DNA from: Nitrososphaerota archaeon
Lineage (GTDB): Archaea > Thermoproteota > Nitrososphaeria > Nitrososphaerales > Nitrosopumilaceae
NCBI GenBank assembly: GCA_028867755.1
Contig: JAGWFT010000001.1
Location: forward strand, 100,628-164,627
Direction: 5' to 3'
DNA: 64,000 bases
Shown here: piece after piece, positions 28,427 through 38,656 of the stretch
Position numbering within the stretch: the first letter of the stretch is position 1
Layout: each line of letters begins with the position of its first letter
Program-made: the position numbers and the translations under genes
Notes under the pieces: model-generated
The model's database searches: none
The model's input: only the letters and a program-made list of their open reading frames with translations
What the model was told of the DNA's origin: nothing

Positions 28427-29824
28427 TTGTCCGAATTTGACTCTTTGATGAATAAACTACTTGAACAAAAGCCCGAGCTATCAAGAAAGGATATGGAAGA
28501 AATGATCCAAAGAAAGAAAGAAAAGATAGGTGCAGGCTATCTCACAGACCAAGGTGCACTCTTTCTTATCGCGTCAGACCTTGGCGTCTCATTGAGCGAG
28601 CCGCTCAAAGTCGAGATGGGCCTCAAAGACATCTACGTTGGTGCAAAGGAGATTACACTTGAGAGCAGAGTCATGAATGTCTATCCAGTAAGACAATTTT
28701 CAAGAAAGGACGGCTCACAGTTTCTCTTGCGTAACATGACAGTATATGATGGAGATTCAAGGGCCAAGGTAAAGCTCTGGGACGAAAAGGCAAACTTGCC
28801 TGGTATCGAGAACCTAAAGCCAGGAGACCTTGTCAAGATAATCAAGGCATATGTAAAATCAGACATGAAGGGAAACCCGATCATAAATGTAGGCTCTGGC
28901 TCTACTGTAGAGCCAAACAATATGCAGAGCAAGATTCCAGGTCTTGATGCAATAACTGACAACGTATCAAGCGTAAAGGAGAACCAGCAGAACTTGGTGG
29001 TAACAGGAATCTTGGATGGAAATATTCGCACTACAGAGTTTACAAATTTCAAGGGAGAACCAAGCAAGGCATTGCAATTGCGATTAAAGGGCAGTGATGG
29101 CACAATAGTTCGCGCCGTACTATGGAACAAGGATGAAAATTCTGTTCCAAAGGTTGTTTCTTCTGGCGCAAAGGCAAGACTGATTGGAGTGAACACAAAG
29201 GTGGGCCAGATGGGTCTTGAGCTTCACGGAGACGAGGGGACAGTATTAGAAATAGAGGGAGCAAAAGAGATCGAGCCAATAGTTACAAGAATATTGTCTG
29301 CCACAAAGAGCGATTCTAGAAGCAGATTGCTTGTAGGAGTGTTGCATGACAAGAAACTAGTAAACATCATAGATACTTCATCAATTACTTCTGATCTTAA
29401 ACCAGGCGATGTCATCGAGATTACGCCATCTAAAGTATATGGAAACTCTCTTACAATAGAACAAGACTCTCCTTTGAAAAAAATTGATGGACAAGATATT
29501 CCAACACTATCAGACACCAGAACAAAGATAAGAGATGTCAAGCCATCTGACGGAACATACTGCATCGAGGCCATAATTCTCAAGGCTCCACAAAAAAAAG
29601 AGATACAGACCAAGACAGGCGAGACTGTCTTGCTTTCTGAAACATTTGTCGAGGATGATACTGGCCAGATATGGCTAAAGGGCTGGCGCTTGCAATCAAG
29701 ACTACTAGAGCAGTTCACCCAAGGCGAGATAATCAGTGTTACAGGAGTTACTGCAAAGCCAGGTCTTGAGGGAAGAACTGAGATATTTCTTACTGCATAT
29801 TCTGTTGTCACAAGAAAGAACTAG
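28427..29824 (+). CDS. Replication protein A / single-stranded DNA-binding protein (multiple OB folds)
   Basis: GYLTDQGALFLIA N-terminus; OB folds with KVKLWD, AVLWNK, EDDTGQIWL; TTG at 28427 chosen over 28358. Confidence 0.85.
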   Translation: MSEFDSLMNKLLEQKPELSRKDMEEMIQRKKEKIGAGYLTDQGALFLIASDLGVSLSEPLKVEMGLKDIYVGAKEITLESRVMNVYPVRQFSRKDGSQFLLRNMTVYDGDSRAKVKLWDEKANLPGIENLKPGDLVKIIKAYVKSDMKGNPIINVGSGSTVEPNNMQSKIPGLDAITDNVSSVKENQQNLVVTGILDGNIRTTEFTNFKGEPSKALQLRLKGSDGTIVRAVLWNKDENSVPKVVSSGAKARLIGVNTKVGQMGLELHGDEGTVLEIEGAKEIEPIVTRILSATKSDSRSRLLVGVLHDKKLVNIIDTSSITSDLKPGDVIEITPSKVYGNSLTIEQDSPLKKIDGQDIPTLSDTRTKIRDVKPSDGTYCIEAIILKAPQKKEIQTKTGETVLLSETFVEDDTGQIWLKGWRLQSRLLEQFTQGEIISVTGVTAKPGLEGRTEIFLTAYSVVTRKN

Positions 29825-29955
29825 TGCAGATATACATAGGAAAAGATTTTTGAACACAAACTCTAGTTCTAGTCAGATCCTAAGTCATTCTTACCAATAG
29901 GAATAGCCATATCAGTTAAAAGCAATTTATCACACACCTATCGATGGTTTAGAAT

Positions 29956-30228
29956 ATGGAAGAGTTGTCTGTTACAAATTACGTACTCTTAGCAGCCCAC
30001 CTGATAGTAGGGTTTACACTCGTGTTTTTTGCTGCCAAGGCATTTAAAAGAACAAAATACCCTCCCATGATACTTTTAGTCATAGGTTTCACATTATTGG
30101 TGCTCGGGGAAACTGTCGTTGAGTATGGTTTTGCATTTCTTCAAAATGAAGGCCTTCAAAAAATAATAGAAGAGGGGTTTGAGATAGCTGGGTTCATCGT
30201 ACTAATCATCTCTGTTAAGAAAAGCTAG
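29956..30228 (+). CDS. Three-TM membrane protein paired with wHTH regulator
   Basis: 90 aa, hydrophobic; 2 bp before the wHTH gene. Confidence 0.75.
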   Translation: MEELSVTNYVLLAAHLIVGFTLVFFAAKAFKRTKYPPMILLVIGFTLLVLGETVVEYGFAFLQNEGLQKIIEEGFEIAGFIVLIISVKKS

Positions 30229-30230
30229 AG

Positions 30231-30572
30231 ATGGCAAACGACGATGATATTCTTTCCGTACTGGCAGATGAGTACAGCAGAAAGATACTATCCATACTGA
30301 CTAAAAATGAGCTTAATGCACAAGAGATCTCAGATGCCCTTGGCATCCCTACTTCGACCACATACAGGAAGATAAAAAATCTAGAAAATCTTGATCTTGT
30401 AAAAAAGACAAAGGTAATTCGTACACTTGAGGGTCTCGATGAGAGATACTACAAAAGTTTGGTTTCAGGCATAGATGTGCAATTCAAGGATGGACAGGTC
30501 TCTTGCAAGATTGAAAAATTTACCATGGATAAAAAGATACAAAGACTCTGGGAGAAATTTTCAGAAAAATAA
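30231..30572 (+). CDS. ArsR-like winged-helix transcription regulator
   Basis: LADEYSRKIL...AQEISDALGIPTSTTYRKIKNL. Confidence 0.85.
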   Translation: MANDDDILSVLADEYSRKILSILTKNELNAQEISDALGIPTSTTYRKIKNLENLDLVKKTKVIRTLEGLDERYYKSLVSGIDVQFKDGQVSCKIEKFTMDKKIQRLWEKFSEK

Positions 30573-30576
30573 ATGT

Positions 30577-30984
30577 CTACTTTGCCTCAATCTTTTCTTT
30601 ATTCCAGTTTCGCAAAAGCAACAAAGATACCACAACTATCGCACCTTGAGTAACTTTACACAAGATGTCTACTATTCCAACATCACCTTGTACTCCAACT
30701 ATTGGTAGACTCGTAGTTCTTGAGGCCACATACAGCCCAATTAGTGCAATTGATATCATGCTTGCTATCACATATGGAGCCCTGCTGTGAAGATTGTTTT
30801 TGATCATCCATATTCCTAGCGGTAGATATGACACTGCAGCAGTTGTAAACGTCATAGTTTGTATCTGGCTTCCAATGTCGCTTGATTCCTGCATTTGAGA
30901 ATATGCAGTAACAAAATAAATTCCGCTATTTGCAAGCACAAGAACTGTTGCAATTAGGATAAACTGTTGTGCAGACCTTTTCAT
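30577..30984 (-). CDS. Four-TM hypothetical membrane protein
   Basis: LYVASRTTSLPIVG...DILCKVTQ; hydrophobic segments. Confidence 0.7.
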   Translation of the reverse strand: MKRSAQQFILIATVLVLANSGIYFVTAYSQMQESSDIGSQIQTMTFTTAAVSYLPLGIWMIKNNLHSRAPYVIASMISIALIGLYVASRTTSLPIVGVQGDVGIVDILCKVTQGAIVVVSLLLLRNWNKEKIEAK

Positions 30985-31126
30985 GGTTTGAAGTATAGAT
31001 TCTGCATTTAATTTATCTAATTACCGTTCCCACAGATAGAAATGGCAACTATATTGATATACAAAAATGAAACATTTTTTCTTACATCTCTTTGCCATGA
31101 GATTACTGATACATAATTGTCCAAAA

Positions 31127-33901
31127 CTAGTCCCAGAATCCTCGAGTAGTGACATACTGCCTTTCTGCCTCGTAAATCTGCTTGTATAGCTCGTCCTCTC
31201 CCACCATATTTCGCAGTATTCTTGCACCAGTGTCTGCACCGACACCATATCCTGACAGCACAACAAGTGCTGTGCTTCCAAAGTTTTCCAAAAGAGACGA
31301 TACCTTCCATGCACGGTTAAACTTGTGATTCTCCTCTGCAGTTATTTTTTTACCAGCTATCTTTTTTTGTACAATTTTTGACAGGTCGTAATCAGAGTAA
31401 AACGTTGCACTGACCTGCCTTGATTTGCAGTGCGGACAGACAGGTGGCCCCTTTATCTCATGTGTCTCAACTACTCTTTCCCACTTGCCACAACGCATGC
31501 ACACAAGCCTGTGCTTTGTTTTCAAAAGTCGCGTCTTGACCAGGTCAAGCACCCCCTTGTCCAGATTTGCAGGAGACGAATAGTATTTTGTTGTGTGATC
31601 AAGTATTGGCTCTGCAAGTTTTGAAAAACTATCTACCTCAAACCACCGTAGCCCAACTGCACCATCTCTTATCCTTTCAAGTATGCCAGATGTTCCTTCT
31701 AGGTCATACTTGTCATGAAAGAGTTCCCGCATGGCTTCTTGCGCAAGTACAGTGCTAGAGTACCTGTCATAGAGAAACCTTGCAGACTTTCTGTCATATA
31801 CTGCTTCCCGTCCCACGATTCCAAACTTTTTTGCAACACACCAAGTTCTCCAGTTTACATTGTGTGTGCCAGACAGTGATGCACGAACGATTGATTCCAA
31901 CTCATACTGGTCTTTTAGTACAGAGACCACCGAGTCCTCGTTGATTCTACCAGTTGAAGATATCATTATTCTGTACGCATCTGATCTAGAGTCGACAAGA
32001 TAGCCACTCTTTGCAGAAAGCATTGCAGAAAGAAGAGTAGACAGTGTTGCATTGATTCTTGTTCCAAAGCACGCATGAATCACAAGAGTGTTTCTTGCAC
32101 GTTGTGACTCGACAACCATTGTTTTCTCGTCAGGAATTGTATCAATCGTTAGGCTCTCAATTATCTTGTTTGAGAGCGGTTCATGCTTTGTCTTGGTTCT
32201 GTACAGCCCCACCTTTCTTGCAGTTGTATAGTCAACTGGAATGTTCTCCCCCTCCCAGTATGGTACATTTATTCCAGCAGACTGGACAGGCTCGACATTG
32301 ATCTTAAGTGAGCTATCATCAACATTTAGGATTCTCCACTGCATTCCGCGCAACACAAATACGTTTCCAGGGTCACCATAGTCACCCACAAACCTCTGGT
32401 CAAGGCTTCCGATTATTTTTTTAGATACAGTATCTAGTACCTTGAATTTCAGTATGTCTGGGATGGTGGACAGGTTTTCAAAATAATACCTAAACGAGCG
32501 CCCTCTTTTCTTAAATTCCATCTCTTCTTTGTCAAAAAATATGATTGAACCATTCTGTAAGATATCTAGCACACCAAAGAGATTCTCAAGTGTTGTCTTT
32601 CTAAACGAATAGGCCTGGTTTATCATCTTTAGTGCAAAGTCAATTGGAACAGTCCCAAACTGCATTGTCATGCCAACAAGATGATGTGCAAGAACGTCTA
32701 GTGCACCGTCATGCACTATCTGGTCTTCGATTGATTTTTCATGAACACGTTCCAGTATAGCAAGCGCCTCAAACTCGTCGTCTCCATTGTTTGTTACAAT
32801 CAATCCCTTTGCAGACGATCCCCTTCGGTGTTTGCTTCTGCCAATTCTTTGCACAAGTTTTGATACCTGCCTTGGCGAGCCATAATGAATCACAAGTTCT
32901 ACTGACCCAATGTCAAGCCCAAGCTCAAGCGATGATGTGCATACAACTATGCCAGGCCTGCCGGACCTCAGTGTCTCTTCTGTCTCTTCTCGCACCTGCT
33001 GCGAGAGAGAACCATGGTGCATCTCAATAGACAGAGTTGATCTCTCCTTTAGGACAGATGCGAGATACTCAGACTCGCCTCTGGTATTTGTAAACAAGAG
33101 CACAGGAGAATTTGCATAGTATTTTGAGACGTAATCTATGACATGATCAACAACATCGGTTATGGTCCCGTCGATATACTTGACCTCAACATCATACTTT
33201 CTAATAGAACTGTCCTCGATTATCTTACATTTTCTTTTTGTTCCCACCACAAACTTGGCAGCCTCTGAGGTATTTCCTACTGTTGCAGAAAGGCCAATTC
33301 TTGTCACAGGAAATTTTGTGTTTTCCTGCAGCCGCTCAAGGGATAGTGATAGCTGTGCACCACGCTCGTTTCCCAGAAGCTCATGCACTTCATCAATTAC
33401 AATCCATTCTAGCTCGTCAAGGGCATGTAACATCCCTAGTTGTGTCAGCAAAATTATGATGGTCTCAGGAGTTGTTATTAGTACATCAGGCGGCTGCAGT
33501 GCAATCTTTTTCCTAACTGACTGCGATGTGTCTCCATGTCGAATCTGAATTGTGAGGTTTTCATTTTCTGCATATCTGATAATTCTTCTAAAAACATCGC
33601 GGTTCAAAGCTCGCAGTGGGGTAACATAGAGTACCTTAATCTTTCCAGTTTTTTTTGACTTGGCAACTCTATCAAAGATTGGAATTACAGCAGTCTCTGT
33701 CTTGCCAGACCCGGTAGGTGCAATAACTAGAGAGTCAATCTTTTGCGATATTACAGGAACAGCTCTTTTCTGGATCTCAGTTAGGTGCTCAAAACCAAGA
33801 TTGCGAAACTTGTTCTCTAAATCACGCTGTAGAAGAGGATGCAGATGACTCTGATTCTTTGGGTTGTCTTGTTCTAGATCGCTCGTATACCATAGCACCA
33901 A
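31127..33901 (-). CDS. lhr: Lhr-family ATP-dependent SF2 helicase with C-terminal Zn finger
   Basis: APTGSGKT, TPLRALNRD, DEVH, SAT, SSLELGLDIG, QRIGRS; CMRC...CPHC; exact start uncertain. Confidence 0.9.
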   Translation of the reverse strand: MVLWYTSDLEQDNPKNQSHLHPLLQRDLENKFRNLGFEHLTEIQKRAVPVISQKIDSLVIAPTGSGKTETAVIPIFDRVAKSKKTGKIKVLYVTPLRALNRDVFRRIIRYAENENLTIQIRHGDTSQSVRKKIALQPPDVLITTPETIIILLTQLGMLHALDELEWIVIDEVHELLGNERGAQLSLSLERLQENTKFPVTRIGLSATVGNTSEAAKFVVGTKRKCKIIEDSSIRKYDVEVKYIDGTITDVVDHVIDYVSKYYANSPVLLFTNTRGESEYLASVLKERSTLSIEMHHGSLSQQVREETEETLRSGRPGIVVCTSSLELGLDIGSVELVIHYGSPRQVSKLVQRIGRSKHRRGSSAKGLIVTNNGDDEFEALAILERVHEKSIEDQIVHDGALDVLAHHLVGMTMQFGTVPIDFALKMINQAYSFRKTTLENLFGVLDILQNGSIIFFDKEEMEFKKRGRSFRYYFENLSTIPDILKFKVLDTVSKKIIGSLDQRFVGDYGDPGNVFVLRGMQWRILNVDDSSLKINVEPVQSAGINVPYWEGENIPVDYTTARKVGLYRTKTKHEPLSNKIIESLTIDTIPDEKTMVVESQRARNTLVIHACFGTRINATLSTLLSAMLSAKSGYLVDSRSDAYRIMISSTGRINEDSVVSVLKDQYELESIVRASLSGTHNVNWRTWCVAKKFGIVGREAVYDRKSARFLYDRYSSTVLAQEAMRELFHDKYDLEGTSGILERIRDGAVGLRWFEVDSFSKLAEPILDHTTKYYSSPANLDKGVLDLVKTRLLKTKHRLVCMRCGKWERVVETHEIKGPPVCPHCKSRQVSATFYSDYDLSKIVQKKIAGKKITAEENHKFNRAWKVSSLLENFGSTALVVLSGYGVGADTGARILRNMVGEDELYKQIYEAERQYVTTRGFWD

Positions 33902-33950
33902 CTATGCCAGCACCAAACAAAATGATTGTGATAATAGGTATCTGATCAAA
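33822..33950 (-). CDS. Possible 42-aa single-pass membrane protein overlapping the Lhr 5' end
   Basis: Manual translation MIRYLIITIILFGAGIVGAMVYERSRTRQPKESESSASSSTA (TTG start). Confidence 0.35.
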   Translation of the reverse strand, partial: FDQIPIITIILFGAGIVGAMVYERSRTRQPKESESSASSSTA

Positions 33951-33993
33951 AATTCCTGCCATGACTCACGTTGGAACTACAGTGATAAATATC

Positions 33994-34641
33994 TTAAGGT
34001 GTCTCCACTAGGCCCTGAGTTGTTATAGTGTATGCCGTCTCTTTTTTTGTACCAAACGAAGGGAAGACCTGTGCAAAAAACTTGTTGCCCTCCTTTGAGA
34101 GCTGAATTTTTTTGTGTGTGAATATGCTAATTGATCTCTCAAGGTTCTCCCTTTCTTGCTCGCCAGACCTCCTGACAACGTTGGTTATAACAACTGGAGT
34201 TTTTTCCTGGATGCAGAGTAGGCTAAGCGAGTGCATGTATTCCATGAATTTTACATGTTTTTCAAGCGAGTTTGATTCCTTGGAATATTCAAATGAAAAT
34301 AGATCTGTGATGTTTTCTATCACAACAAGGCCTGGTCGTACTTGTGATATGTTTTTGAGATGCTCTATTTGTTCTGCAGTGTTAGTAACTCTTGCAACTA
34401 TGATATTGTCCAAAAGTTCTGGTGCAAGTTGCTTGGCATGCATTAGCTGAAGCATTCTTTCTGGACGAAAGCTACCGCTTGTGTCTTGGTAAATTATTTT
34501 TTTGTCAAGTGCATTTACACATATTTGCATTGCAAGTTGCGTCTTTCCAACACCACCTGGACCAAATATGTCAGTGATGATACCTGCAGCTATTCCCCCT
34601 CCCAACAGCTTGTCAAGTCTTGGCATACCAGTTGAGATCAA
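33994..34641 (-). CDS. RadB/RecA-like ATPase
   Basis: ISTGMPRLDKLLGGG, Walker A GPGGVGKT, SFRPER, VVITN; no N-terminal HhH domain. Confidence 0.8.
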   Translation of the reverse strand: MISTGMPRLDKLLGGGIAAGIITDIFGPGGVGKTQLAMQICVNALDKKIIYQDTSGSFRPERMLQLMHAKQLAPELLDNIIVARVTNTAEQIEHLKNISQVRPGLVVIENITDLFSFEYSKESNSLEKHVKFMEYMHSLSLLCIQEKTPVVITNVVRRSGEQERENLERSISIFTHKKIQLSKEGNKFFAQVFPSFGTKKETAYTITTQGLVETP

Positions 34642-34740
34642 ATCAATTACCTAGAAAACACCGGAAATTAAATGGTATAAGTGATGATCGGGAAGGCTTT
34701 TATTTACGATTTCAAGCACTGGTGACAAGTGAATTATTGA

Positions 34741-34986
34741 TTGTCGCAACAACCGATTGCAAAACGACCACTAACAACGCTGCAAAAAGGCGTTAACAAA
34801 AAGGTCACAGTCCGACTCAAGAGCGATATAGAATACAAAGGAAAGATGAACAATGTAGATTCTTACATGAATCTTATCATGACAGATGCAGAAGAGATGA
34901 GTGGTGGTAAGGTGGTTGCAAATTATGGTAGAGTTATCGTAAGAGGCAATAACGTACTTTTTATAAAACTAGAAAACGAGCTGTAA
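34741..34986 (+). CDS. Sm/Lsm RNA-binding protein
   Basis: Sm1 motif (VRLK...[16 protein letters not shown]) and Sm2 motif (VRGNN). Confidence 0.92.
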   Translation: MSQQPIAKRPLTTLQKGVNKKVTVRLKSDIEYKGKMNNVDSYMNLIMTDAEEMSGGKVVANYGRVIVRGNNVLFIKLENEL

Positions 34987-36164
34987 TGACCCTGACAATG
35001 AAAGAAGCAGGTAGAAGTTTTCTCTTTACCTCAGAATCAGTTACTGAAGGTCATCCCGACAAAGTATGTGACCAGATATCAGATGCAATACTGGATGAAT
35101 TTCTAAAACAAGATCCCGATTCAAGGGTTGCAGTTGAGACCATGACAACTACAGGAATTGTTGTCGTGGCAGGCGAGGTTACATCAAAGGCAAGGTTTGA
35201 CATTCAAGATGTAGTCAGAAAAACACTAAAGGAGATAGGCTACAGCGACCCGCAATATGGTTTTGATGCAGACTCGTGCAGTGTCCTGGTTTCATTACAT
35301 TCTCAAAGTCCTGATATATCCATGGGAATCTCTGCTAATGAAAACAAGGAGCAGGGAGCAGGAGACCAAGGGCTGATGTTTGGATATGCGACAAACGAGA
35401 CTAGAGAATTTATGCCAATGCCAATAATGCTTGCTCACAAGCTAACCCAACGTCTTGCAGAGGCAAGAAAGAAAAAAGAACTTCCCTGGGCAAGACCTGA
35501 TGGCAAGTCACAGGTTACCGTAGAGTACGAGGATGGCAAACCAAAAAGAATTGAAGCTATTGTGGTATCAACACAGCATTCACCTGATGTAAGCAATGAA
35601 GAGATAAAAAAAGAAATTATTGAAAAAGTTGTCAAGCCAGTCTGCGGCAATTTATGGAATGATAAAATAAAGATTCACGTAAACCCAACTGGAAGATTCG
35701 TAATTGGCGGTCCTCCAGGAGACGCAGGACTCACTGGAAGAAAAATAATAGTGGATACATATGGCGGCATGGGAAGACATGGCGGAGGAGCATTTTCCGG
35801 AAAGGACCCATCAAAGGTTGACAGATCAGCTTGCTACATGTGTAGATACATTGCAAAAAACATTGTGTCAGCAGGGCTTGCAGACCGTTGCGAAGTCCAA
35901 GTTGCATATGCAATAGGCGTAGCACAGCCAGTCTCACTGATGGTCAGCACATTTGGCACAAGCAAGATCCCAGAAGAGCAGATTGAGAATTTGGTTAGAA
36001 AACACTTTGACATGAGGCCTGCAGCAATCATAGAACAACTGAAACTAAAAAGGCCAATTTACAAAAAGACTGCAGCCTACGGACACTTTGGAAGAGACGA
36101 CTCAGAGTTTACCTGGGAGAAGACAGACAAGGCAGACGTGCTACGAAAGGCTGCAGGCCTCTAG
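34986..36164 (+). CDS. metK: S-adenosylmethionine synthetase, bacterial/eukaryal type
   Basis: [32 protein letters not shown]. Confidence 0.96.
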   Translation: MTLTMKEAGRSFLFTSESVTEGHPDKVCDQISDAILDEFLKQDPDSRVAVETMTTTGIVVVAGEVTSKARFDIQDVVRKTLKEIGYSDPQYGFDADSCSVLVSLHSQSPDISMGISANENKEQGAGDQGLMFGYATNETREFMPMPIMLAHKLTQRLAEARKKKELPWARPDGKSQVTVEYEDGKPKRIEAIVVSTQHSPDVSNEEIKKEIIEKVVKPVCGNLWNDKIKIHVNPTGRFVIGGPPGDAGLTGRKIIVDTYGGMGRHGGGAFSGKDPSKVDRSACYMCRYIAKNIVSAGLADRCEVQVAYAIGVAQPVSLMVSTFGTSKIPEEQIENLVRKHFDMRPAAIIEQLKLKRPIYKKTAAYGHFGRDDSEFTWEKTDKADVLRKAAGL

Positions 36165-37001
36165 CATTTCGTTATATTTCGCAAATTTAACTCCTGATAC
36201 AATACCAAGTTTTTTGTGGTTGCCTACATAATCACCCACAAGTACGGAGAGATCATCTACCCCAAACTCTGATTCACTTGAGCGAATTGCATCATGATAG
36301 GCCTTTTCAAACTCTATGTGTTTTATTTTCGTCTTGCTTCCCACCAAGTCCCTTACAAAGCGATTGTATGTCACAGTTTTTGGACCTACAAGATCAATTG
36401 TCTTTTTTGAAAACTGTTTTCCACGTATGGCTTTCATTACAACTTGAGCCACATCAGATACCAAGATGGGTTGCAGTCTATATTTCCCAGAGCCTGGAAT
36501 GGTGATACAGTCCTTACGTATCTGACCCAAGAGTACCTTCGATAGTGGATCGCCTTTTCCCATGATGTATGAGGGTCGAAATATTGTGTAATCTAATCCC
36601 GATTGTATAATTTCTTGCTCGGCCTTGAATTTTGATATGAAATACCCAAGTGTAGATTTTTTGTCAACGCCAAGTCCGCTCAGATAAATTATTTTTTTGA
36701 TGCCAGATTTTTTGCATAGTGCAATTGCATTTCTTGTCAGGACAACATTTACAGTATCATAATGAGAATCTGCTGTCTGTCTTCCCTTTCCAATAAAATG
36801 CAATAGTGCATCAGATCCTTTCACAGACTTTGCAAGATTATTTTCAGTAAGGTCCTTTGATATGACAGATCGTCCAAAGTCAACTGCCTTTTTCCTGTTC
36901 TTTCTTATTAGCGCTGTTATGTCAAACCCATTTCTTGCAAGAAACTTGCCCACGTTTCTTCCTACAAACCCATTGGCGCCTGTGATGACTAGCTTATTCA
37001 T
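36141..37001 (-). CDS. NAD-dependent epimerase/dehydratase (atypical SDR)
   Basis: GANGFVG Rossmann motif, [13 protein letters not shown]; ATG at 37001 preferred. Confidence 0.85.
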   Translation of the reverse strand: MNKLVITGANGFVGRNVGKFLARNGFDITALIRKNRKKAVDFGRSVISKDLTENNLAKSVKGSDALLHFIGKGRQTADSHYDTVNVVLTRNAIALCKKSGIKKIIYLSGLGVDKKSTLGYFISKFKAEQEIIQSGLDYTIFRPSYIMGKGDPLSKVLLGQIRKDCITIPGSGKYRLQPILVSDVAQVVMKAIRGKQFSKKTIDLVGPKTVTYNRFVRDLVGSKTKIKHIEFEKAYHDAIRSSESEFGVDDLSVLVGDYVGNHKKLGIVSGVKFAKYNEMLEACSLS

Positions 37002-37061
37002 GTATATCCCACCAGATCTCCGACAAATTAATTTTGGTGCCATCCCAATGTCTATGCATAC

Positions 37062-37505
37062 TTGAACCTAGCGGACTGTTACCAGATCCTGGGTGTACAA
37101 AAAGGAGCATCTCAGAAGGAGATAAAGAGTGCATACAGACGACTCTCACTTGAGTATCATCCAGACAGAAACAAGGTAGACAGGGGCGGAGAAAAGTTCA
37201 AGCAGATTACAGAGGCCTACCAAGCACTCAGACGCGAAGAAAAGTCAAAGACTAGGATTTCTGACACAGATGTTGCAACAAAGTATACACAGTTTTGGAA
37301 AAATCATGATGGCAGCAAGATGAATGATGATTTTAATTTTGGGCCAAATTTTGCTGGATTTAAAAATCCATTTGGAGCAAGCGTACAAGAACAATACAGC
37401 CATTTTAAAGAAAAAGAATCTTCGTTTAAGAATACTCACGTCATACTTTATGGCGGCCTTGGCCTTATTGCATTATGGATAATACTGGCTGAGATATTCA
37501 AGTGA
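37062..37505 (+). CDS. J-domain protein with C-terminal TM
   Basis: YQILG...YHPDRN...[10 protein letters not shown]; hydrophobic C-terminus. Confidence 0.88.
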   Translation: MNLADCYQILGVQKGASQKEIKSAYRRLSLEYHPDRNKVDRGGEKFKQITEAYQALRREEKSKTRISDTDVATKYTQFWKNHDGSKMNDDFNFGPNFAGFKNPFGASVQEQYSHFKEKESSFKNTHVILYGGLGLIALWIILAEIFK

Positions 37506-37545
37506 TATCACATAAGGATTAATACAGAAAAAAACAATCTCACAC

Positions 37546-38640
37546 ATGGAACCTGACTCCAAGCCAAAAGAAAAGATGCGAACAGGATACACTACAGGAA
37601 CTTCGGCAACAGCTGGCGCAAAGGCCGGAGTACTTGCCATTTTAAATCAAGAAAAGATAGGTCTTATCGATGTCACATTACCAAAAAAATCCAGACTGCA
37701 GATAAAGATTACAAGATGCGAGTTTGACGGGCAATCAGCACATTGCACTGTGATAAAAGATGGTGGAGACGATCCAGATGTCACCCATGGTGCAGAGATT
37801 CATACCGAGGTCTTGCTAACAAGCAATGTAGGAAAAATTGAGATCGATGGTGGTGAGGGGGTAGGCAGAGTGACAAAGCCAGGCTTGGGCTTGGAGGTTG
37901 GCTCTGCAGCAATAAACCCCACACCAAAAAAGATGATAACAGAAAACATTGTAGAAGTTGCGCAAGACCTTCTCAAAAAAAATGGAGTCAAGGTAATGAT
38001 ATCAGTCCCAAAGGGAAAAGATCTTGCGCCAAAGACTGACAACCCACGGCTTGGAATACTTGGTGGCATCTCAATTCTTGGCACAAGCGGCATTGTTGTA
38101 CCATATTCTACTGCATCGTTTGCAGCTTCGATCAGGCAAAGCATCGATGTCACAATTGCAATGGGAAATGATACTGTAGTTCTGACAACTGGTGGCAGAA
38201 GCGAAGACTATGCAAGAAGCATCATCACTCTACCTGATCACTGCTTTGTCCAGATGGGAGACTTTTCAGGATATACGATACAGCAGTGTGCAAAAAAGGC
38301 GATAAAAAAGGCATATGTCGCAGGCTTTATCGGCAAATTAACCAAGATGGGAATGGGAGTAAAGCAGACACATGTAAAGGGCTCCAAGGTGGACATGGAG
38401 TTTCTCTCAGAGATTGCACAAAGATGCGGTGCATCAAATGACATAGTTCAAGAAATAAAAAAAGCAAACACTGCAAGGCATGTCTTTGAGATAGTTTCAA
38501 GCAAGAATATCAAAGGCTACTTTGATCTTGTCTGCTCTGAGGTATACAACCAATTAAGAAAACACTCAGAAGAAAAGTTTGATATCAATGTTATCATGTT
38601 TGATTTTGACGGCAACACGATAGGCATGTTTCCGCGATAG
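37546..38640 (+). CDS. cbiD: Cobalt-precorrin-5B C1-methyltransferase
   Basis: RTGYTTGTSA, KDGGDDPDVTHG, NPRLGILGGISILGTSG. Confidence 0.95.
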   Translation: MEPDSKPKEKMRTGYTTGTSATAGAKAGVLAILNQEKIGLIDVTLPKKSRLQIKITRCEFDGQSAHCTVIKDGGDDPDVTHGAEIHTEVLLTSNVGKIEIDGGEGVGRVTKPGLGLEVGSAAINPTPKKMITENIVEVAQDLLKKNGVKVMISVPKGKDLAPKTDNPRLGILGGISILGTSGIVVPYSTASFAASIRQSIDVTIAMGNDTVVLTTGGRSEDYARSIITLPDHCFVQMGDFSGYTIQQCAKKAIKKAYVAGFIGKLTKMGMGVKQTHVKGSKVDMEFLSEIAQRCGASNDIVQEIKKANTARHVFEIVSSKNIKGYFDLVCSEVYNQLRKHSEEKFDINVIMFDFDGNTIGMFPR

Positions 38641-38656
38641 TAACAGATATGTTCGC

